A stretch of DNA of 64,000 nucleotides from a virus. The stretch lies in the IMG/VR virus record IMGVR_UViG_3300035182_000466, positions 64,001 through 128,000 of that record; one strand, written 5' to 3'. This document shows positions 58,599-64,000 of the stretch, in pieces. How positions within the stretch are numbered: position 1 is the first letter of the stretch; every line of letters begins with the position of its first letter. Below the pieces are notes generated by a model. The model worked only from the letters and a program-made list of their open reading frames with translations, had not been told where the DNA came from and made no database searches. The position numbers were made by a program, and so were the translations under genes.

Positions 58599-59249
58599 AT
58601 GAAGAAGTTAATCTTGTTAATTTTAACTTTCTTGTTTTTATTTTCAGTACCTAACGTAGTATTTTCTGGACCTTATGATCTAGAGGTCTTAAAGAAAGCA
58701 GAATCTTACTTATATGTAAGAGAGCTTAATCCTATTAATGGTAATAGAAGTCCAGAGATAGATATGTGGCTTAAGTATGTAGGGCTACCACCTGGATTAT
58801 CTTATTGTGTTACTTTCAATGTCTATTGTGTTGGTAGTGTCTATGAAGCACATGGCAAAAGAAATCCTTTACCAAAAATTGGAAGAGTATCAACATTGCT
58901 AAAAATAGTAAAAAAAGATAAGTATGCTTTTACTGTAGTACCTGCAAAAGATGTAGAATATGGTTCGTATATTCTAAAACCTGGGATGATAGCTATTTGG
59001 TCTAACAATAAAAAATTAGATGGTTCTGGTTTAGATAAGTATGATTGGGCCGGTCATGCAGAGTTTGTAACAAGTCCGCTGGTTAAATCTAAATTTGGTT
59101 CTATTGGGGCTAACACTATAGGTGTAGATGACATACGTTCACAAAGAGAGCAAGCTAAGACTGGACCTGTAGGTGGAGTTTATAGAAAAAGTAGAAACAT
59201 AAGTAAACTTAAATCTTTTAATACAGAAGCATTTATTAAAATAAATTAA
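58599..59249 (+). CDS. signal-peptide-bearing CHAP-like peptidoglycan hydrolase (endolysin candidate)
   Basis: MKKLILLILTFLFLFS signal; LYVRE..NRSPEID..GLSYCVTF (Cys), PGMIAIW, GHAEFV (His), SIGANT. Confidence 0.7.
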   Translation: MKKLILLILTFLFLFSVPNVVFSGPYDLEVLKKAESYLYVRELNPINGNRSPEIDMWLKYVGLPPGLSYCVTFNVYCVGSVYEAHGKRNPLPKIGRVSTLLKIVKKDKYAFTVVPAKDVEYGSYILKPGMIAIWSNNKKLDGSGLDKYDWAGHAEFVTSPLVKSKFGSIGANTIGVDDIRSQREQAKTGPVGGVYRKSRNISKLKSFNTEAFIKIN

Positions 59250-59261
59250 CATAAGAGGTGT

Positions 59262-59693
59262 ATGATGCCCGAAGCAAGTAGAATTTTTATATCTGGACCA
59301 ATGATGTTCCAAGTAGACCAATATCTTATGACTCGGTATAAACTAGATCCAGTAGCTGCATCTACTACTCAAAGTTTTAGATTAGATTTAACTAGTACAA
59401 AAGGCGTTTTAATTTCTGTTAAAGTTCAGTGTTTATCTACTTCTTATGATGTTTATATCATGCCTTTTGAAAATGTAGACATAGATTCTTTAATGACAAT
59501 TTATAGAAAAACTGACATAAATAAACTATTAGAAGATACAAATTTATCTTCATTTTGGGCTAAGTTTAATCCTTTTCATTCACAGAAGTATGGAGAATTA
59601 GATACAGATAAGTGTCTATACTTTAAGATTGAAAATAAAGCTGAAGATACTGGAGATATTTATGTAGAACTTATTTATAGAGTAGCATTATAA
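59262..59693 (+). CDS. hypothetical protein
   Basis: GAGGTG RBS; 143 aa. Confidence 0.65.
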   Translation: MMPEASRIFISGPMMFQVDQYLMTRYKLDPVAASTTQSFRLDLTSTKGVLISVKVQCLSTSYDVYIMPFENVDIDSLMTIYRKTDINKLLEDTNLSSFWAKFNPFHSQKYGELDTDKCLYFKIENKAEDTGDIYVELIYRVAL

Positions 59694-60005
59694 ATGACTT
59701 CTTCTTGTTCAATAATACTTTTATTTGTTAAACAGGTTTTTGAAGTATATGCTATTACTTTGATTTTAGCTAGTAGTTCTATCTTAGAACCTTTTAGATA
59801 TGTTATTATAAAAAGATACCCAGGTCTTTACAGTCCGTTAAACTCATGGATAAAAGCTCCATTAGTTTATGAAAAACACTTTATCGAGTGTAGGATGTGT
59901 ATGGGATTCTGGGTATCTTTGTTTAGTTGTATTTATTATAACAATCTAAGCTATTTTGTAGTTGTTTTTGGTATAAGCTATTTTATTTGTACTCAAGAAA
60001 GGTAG
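59694..60005 (+). CDS. small membrane protein with CxxC (DUF1360-like)
   Basis: ILEPFR..FIECRMCMGFWVS motif with hydrophobic helices. Confidence 0.55.
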   Translation: MTSSCSIILLFVKQVFEVYAITLILASSSILEPFRYVIIKRYPGLYSPLNSWIKAPLVYEKHFIECRMCMGFWVSLFSCIYYNNLSYFVVVFGISYFICTQER

Positions 60006-60015
60006 GTAGACAAAG

Positions 60016-62463
60016 ATGATTTTATTAAAAGATATGAAGACTAGTCTTTTTAAAAATGCTGATGCCTATTGGAAGAGTAATAGAAAAGATCATATCCAAC
60101 TTGAAAGTTATGATCTATATATAGGTGCTAGATTCAGATGTAAAGTACGAACAGGATCAACTTTAAAGTATTTATACTTTACTATAATATCTTTAGATCC
60201 TGCAGTTATAGCTTATTGGATTCAGGATGAATTTGCAATTTATCTAGCACCTGTAGATTTTGAGCAACTATTTATAAGAAGGATACTCAATAGACGTAAC
60301 CTTATAGAAAAAATGTTACATCCACAAGATATTCGAATTATACCCGTCAAAGTATTAAACTCCATACAGACTAGAAAAATGCTTTGGATGATACCTAGAT
60401 TAACACAGAAAGATGTTCAATCAGCGCCTTATAGCTTGAACATTATTTCTCCTAAACTGATTTACAACTTTAGTACCTACATTAGTGCAGGTAAAGAAGA
60501 TATCTTCGGGTGGTTACTTAATCTAGTAACACAAGCCAATTCTGATTATCATACAGGTAAAAAACAATCAAGTCTTACTGATGATCAATATGACGAACTA
60601 AAAGAACTGTTGCTATCTATAGATCCTAAAAAAGCTAAGATTTTAGAATCAGTTGGGGCACCAGTAATAGAAGAAAAAGATGTTAGGAAAAAGGTAGAAC
60701 TTGAATATAAAATGGGTTCATTACGTAAGATTAAACCAGATGGTTCTACTACAAATAAATTTATAAAAGATACAAAAGATGATGAGTATATAGTCTCTGA
60801 TAAGTTAGATGGATTAAGTCTGAGTTTAACTTATAGAAATTCAAATTTAGTAAAAGCTACAACTAGAGGTGATGGTTATATTGGACAAGATGTAACTAGG
60901 CATATACTTCAAGTTCCTTCTGTACCTAAGAAACTTAATTCTAAATATGCTAAAGAGAATCTAACTATACGAGCTGAAGGAATTTTAGCAAACTCTGATT
61001 TTGAGATGTTTAACAAACTCTTGGTTAAAGAAGGTAACTCGGAATTTGCTAATCCACGCAATATGATAGCTGGTGTATTTAATAGATTATCACCTAATAA
61101 AAAAGTTTTAGCTAAGTTAAATGTTGTAACTTATGCTATAATGAGTAGAGAAAAAGACTTAGATAAAAAGCAACAACTTAAACAACTTGAAGATATGGGT
61201 TTTCATGTAGTTCCTTACAAAGTATTTAAAGCTAAAGATATTTCAGAAGAGAAGTTAACAAAGTATATTTCTGATAGAAAGCTAATGGGTGACTTTGATT
61301 TAGATGGGGCTGTAATAGAAGTAAATAATGCTAAGATCAGACAATCCCTTGGTAATGAAACTAATTCAATAAATCCTAAATATGCTAAAGCATTTAAGAC
61401 TGGTGATACTGAAAAAGTTGAAGCTAAAGTACTAGAAGTTGTATGGGCTGTATCTAAACATGGATATTTAAAACCACGGATTCGTATTTTTCCTGTAAAA
61501 TTAGGTGGTGTTACTGTATCATATGCTACAGCTTTTAATGCCTCTTTTGTTTATGAAAATAAATTAGGTCCTGGAGCTAAGGTATTATTAACACGTTCTG
61601 GCGATGTAATTCCACATATACTTAAAGTAATAGATAAAGCTAAGAAACCTCAAATGCCAGATAAAGATGTAGTAGGTAATTATGAATGGAATGATACAAA
61701 AGTTGATTTAGTATTATCTGAACCACATGAGAATGATACTGTAAAGATAAAACAAATATCCGGATTCTTTAGTCGGATAGGAGTAGATTATCTTGGACGT
61801 GGCTTAATAACACGTTTTTATGAACACGGCTTTGACTCTATAGATAAAGTAATTCACATTACTGTAAAAGATTTATTATCTATTGATGGTATTCAAAAGA
61901 AAAGTGCAGAAAAATTATATGAAGGTATTACTAAAGCATTACAGACTGTAGACTTACCTACTCTAGCTTCTGCTACTCCATACTTTGGAGTAAACTTTGG
62001 AGAAACAAGACTAGATAAAATATACGAAGTTTATAAAGATGAAATGTTTAGTAGATGGAAAGGTTATACAGTAAGAACTGTAGCAGAAGAAATTTCTAAA
62101 ATACCTGGATTTAGTTCTAACACTGCAATTCAATTTGCAAAAGGTATTAAACCTTTTAATTCATTTTTGAAAAGAAATTCTGATGTATTAAAAATAAACA
62201 AGAAGAAGGAACAAAAGAAATTAAGTAATGTATTTTCAAATGTATCTATTTGTTGGACTGGCATTAGACAAAGAGACTTAGAAGAACTACTTATAGCAAA
62301 TGGCGGTAAAGTAGAATCATCTGTTAAAAATGGATTGACCTATCTTGTAGCAAAAGATCCGAATAGTACTAGTGCTAAAATGCAGAAAGCTAGAGATTTG
62401 AAGATAAAGATAATATCTCCAGACCAAGCAATAAAATTGTTTAAAGATAAAGGTGTTTTATAA
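60016..62463 (+). CDS. ligA: NAD-dependent DNA ligase with N-terminal extension
   Basis: TDDQYDEL, MGSL, KLDGLS, TRGDG..GQDVT, RAE, FANPRN, LDGAVI, AFK, VSYAT, RSGDVIP, HhH motifs and a C-terminal BRCT. Confidence 0.95.
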   Translation: MILLKDMKTSLFKNADAYWKSNRKDHIQLESYDLYIGARFRCKVRTGSTLKYLYFTIISLDPAVIAYWIQDEFAIYLAPVDFEQLFIRRILNRRNLIEKMLHPQDIRIIPVKVLNSIQTRKMLWMIPRLTQKDVQSAPYSLNIISPKLIYNFSTYISAGKEDIFGWLLNLVTQANSDYHTGKKQSSLTDDQYDELKELLLSIDPKKAKILESVGAPVIEEKDVRKKVELEYKMGSLRKIKPDGSTTNKFIKDTKDDEYIVSDKLDGLSLSLTYRNSNLVKATTRGDGYIGQDVTRHILQVPSVPKKLNSKYAKENLTIRAEGILANSDFEMFNKLLVKEGNSEFANPRNMIAGVFNRLSPNKKVLAKLNVVTYAIMSREKDLDKKQQLKQLEDMGFHVVPYKVFKAKDISEEKLTKYISDRKLMGDFDLDGAVIEVNNAKIRQSLGNETNSINPKYAKAFKTGDTEKVEAKVLEVVWAVSKHGYLKPRIRIFPVKLGGVTVSYATAFNASFVYENKLGPGAKVLLTRSGDVIPHILKVIDKAKKPQMPDKDVVGNYEWNDTKVDLVLSEPHENDTVKIKQISGFFSRIGVDYLGRGLITRFYEHGFDSIDKVIHITVKDLLSIDGIQKKSAEKLYEGITKALQTVDLPTLASATPYFGVNFGETRLDKIYEVYKDEMFSRWKGYTVRTVAEEISKIPGFSSNTAIQFAKGIKPFNSFLKRNSDVLKINKKKEQKKLSNVFSNVSICWTGIRQRDLEELLIANGGKVESSVKNGLTYLVAKDPNSTSAKMQKARDLKIKIISPDQAIKLFKDKGVL

Positions 62464-62475
62464 AAGGAGAATTAG

Positions 62476-62616
62476 ATGTTAAATTTTACTAAAAACTATA
62501 TGTTAAAAACAAAGGTAATAGTATACATTTGCATAGTGTTTATTTTATTCAGCTCTATAGGTTCAACTGTATTCATTGAAGAAGTAAAAGAATCTGTTTC
62601 GGTATTTAGGATATGA
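62476..62616 (+). CDS. 46-aa single-TM peptide (not in ORF track)
   Basis: AAGGAG RBS; MLNFTKNYMLKTKVIVYICIVFILFSSIGSTVFIEEVKESVSVFRI*; ATGA overlap with the next gene. Confidence 0.7.
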   Translation: MLNFTKNYMLKTKVIVYICIVFILFSSIGSTVFIEEVKESVSVFRI

Positions 62617-63776
62617 GAAAAGTATCTATAGCTGCTAGAAAAAATCCTACTCAAAATAAGAAAATATCTGCTGTTGATTATTTAAGGCAGTGGAAAAATG
62701 ATCCAAATGCCTATATTAGTTTCACTGAGATAAACAAGATAGGTATAAATCCTAAAAGTAAATATAATACCCCTTTAGGTATTTATACCTATCCATTAGC
62801 TACAGTATGGGTAGAATACGATTTAGACTATGCATCTTCACTTAACAAATTGCCTTTTGCAGCTAATTTACCTCATATTTGGATAATAACCCCAAAGTCT
62901 AACTCAAATATCTTTATAGATGATTTATACTCTGATTATACTTCTAAAAACTATGATAAGGATTCAGAACTTTTAAAAGATCTGTTTATAGAAGAATCTT
63001 TAAAAAACATGGAAGTAGATTTATCTTATACTAATACTCATGATGTAGCTTTTATAGAACGCTGGAAGAAAGAGTATAAACAAAAAGTGTATGATAAATG
63101 GGCAAATATTTATGCTAAGAATATAATAACTACAAAAGTAAAAAATCCTGGTGGTTTCTTTTGGAATTTATGCAGATTAATATCTATGAATTTAGCTGTC
63201 CCTTCAGAGGATAGTACTACACCAATTTTAAGTATAAATTCCTTTACAGATGTTGAAAGAAGAATAGCTTCTATCAAATGGAATTGGCTTTTGAGAAAAT
63301 GTGGTTATTCTGGTTTTGCAGACAAACACGGACAAGGTATTATACATGAGTCAGAACCAATTCAAGCTGTATTTTTATCAACAAGTTCTTTTAAAGTAAT
63401 AGGAAACTGCAATAACATTTCACCTGTGTATAAAGATAAAAGAAAATATATAAAAACTGCATCAGATCTGTTTCCTATTTTATCTAATGCTAAATATCAT
63501 CCAAGCAATTTAAATCAAGATGAAGATAGAGCTTTTGATAAATTACTATTAGGTTATTTGATTGGATTCTATAATGAATCAGTTTTAAAGGAACTACCTT
63601 TTAAGGTTGTTGTAGATAAAAACGTATTGTGGAATTCTTTTAATAAAATACAATATGAAGTTCTTTTGGACTATTGTAAAGAACATTCTTATGAAAATTT
63701 AAAGGAAAAGAAATGGTGGAGAAACACTGCAGTAACTTATTTAGAGTTGATAAAAGAAAAGCATGATTGGAGATAA
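62613..63776 (+). CDS. hypothetical phage protein
   Basis: 387 aa; IGINPKSKYNTPLGIYTYPL..GYSGFAD..GIIHESEPIQAVFL. Confidence 0.7.
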   Translation: MRKVSIAARKNPTQNKKISAVDYLRQWKNDPNAYISFTEINKIGINPKSKYNTPLGIYTYPLATVWVEYDLDYASSLNKLPFAANLPHIWIITPKSNSNIFIDDLYSDYTSKNYDKDSELLKDLFIEESLKNMEVDLSYTNTHDVAFIERWKKEYKQKVYDKWANIYAKNIITTKVKNPGGFFWNLCRLISMNLAVPSEDSTTPILSINSFTDVERRIASIKWNWLLRKCGYSGFADKHGQGIIHESEPIQAVFLSTSSFKVIGNCNNISPVYKDKRKYIKTASDLFPILSNAKYHPSNLNQDEDRAFDKLLLGYLIGFYNESVLKELPFKVVVDKNVLWNSFNKIQYEVLLDYCKEHSYENLKEKKWWRNTAVTYLELIKEKHDWR

Positions 63777-63777
63777 G

Positions 63778-64000
63778 ATGAGACAGAGTGTATTGAGTGC
63801 TTCAAATTTAAAACTTAATAAAGTGTCAGTTAAAGATATAGTCGTATATTTAGATAAAACTATAGATGAAAAAGATGATTTCATGAGAAGTACAAAGTCG
63901 CATATCTCCAATCCTTCTATTAAAGAAAGCTATTTAAAAGCAGAATCAGTTAAAGATTTTGCTGAATATTTAAAAATGGCTATAAAAACTAATTCTCCAC
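63778..64000 (+). CDS. hypothetical protein, truncated by window end
   Basis: GGAG RBS; MRQSVLSASNLKLNKV... open to the end of the window. Confidence 0.6.
   Translation, partial: MRQSVLSASNLKLNKVSVKDIVVYLDKTIDEKDDFMRSTKSHISNPSIKESYLKAESVKDFAEYLKMAIKTNSP

Noticed and set aside
1-64000. Stop-codon reassignment as in some large phages
   Set aside because: Genes are full-length under the standard code, and TAG, TGA and TAA all end genes directly before the next RBS.
1-64000. tRNA, rRNA, introns/inteins, integrase or transposase
   Set aside because: Intergenic gaps are short and I recognised no such structures or motifs by eye; a tRNAscan/Infernal run would be needed to exclude small RNAs.

Overview
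AT-rich window, densely coding and almost entirely on the + strand with the standard genetic code. It reads as the virion morphogenesis region of a large contractile-tailed (myovirus-type, probably jumbo) phage. Left end: a c-di-GMP turnover pair (5'-truncated GGDEF-EAL gene plus HD-GYP gene) and a GT2 glycosyltransferase-methyltransferase fusion. Head module: acidic scaffold-like protein, decoration-like protein, major capsid protein. Tail module: sheath, two tube-like proteins, assembly chaperone, NlpC/P60 tape-measure-like protein, hub. These are followed by a long run of paralogous fibre/adhesin genes and then the spike and baseplate. The most striking element is a repeat tail fibre ending in a 9-Cys tail (CGCTCTCTCQCTAPCNCC). 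It is followed, in one tightly packed operon, by four radical SAM enzymes (three SPASM-type, one TRAM-less MiaB/RimO-like), an Ig-repeat fibre and a small CCGGG-ending peptide, which suggests a RiPP-like system for modifying virion proteins. The window ends with a lysis-like pair, an N-terminally extended NAD-dependent ligase and hypothetical genes. A likely +1 programmed frameshift (TTT-CCC-TAG-C) in the tail chaperone gene is not in the ORF track. All family assignments come from motif reading and gene order; no database searches were run.
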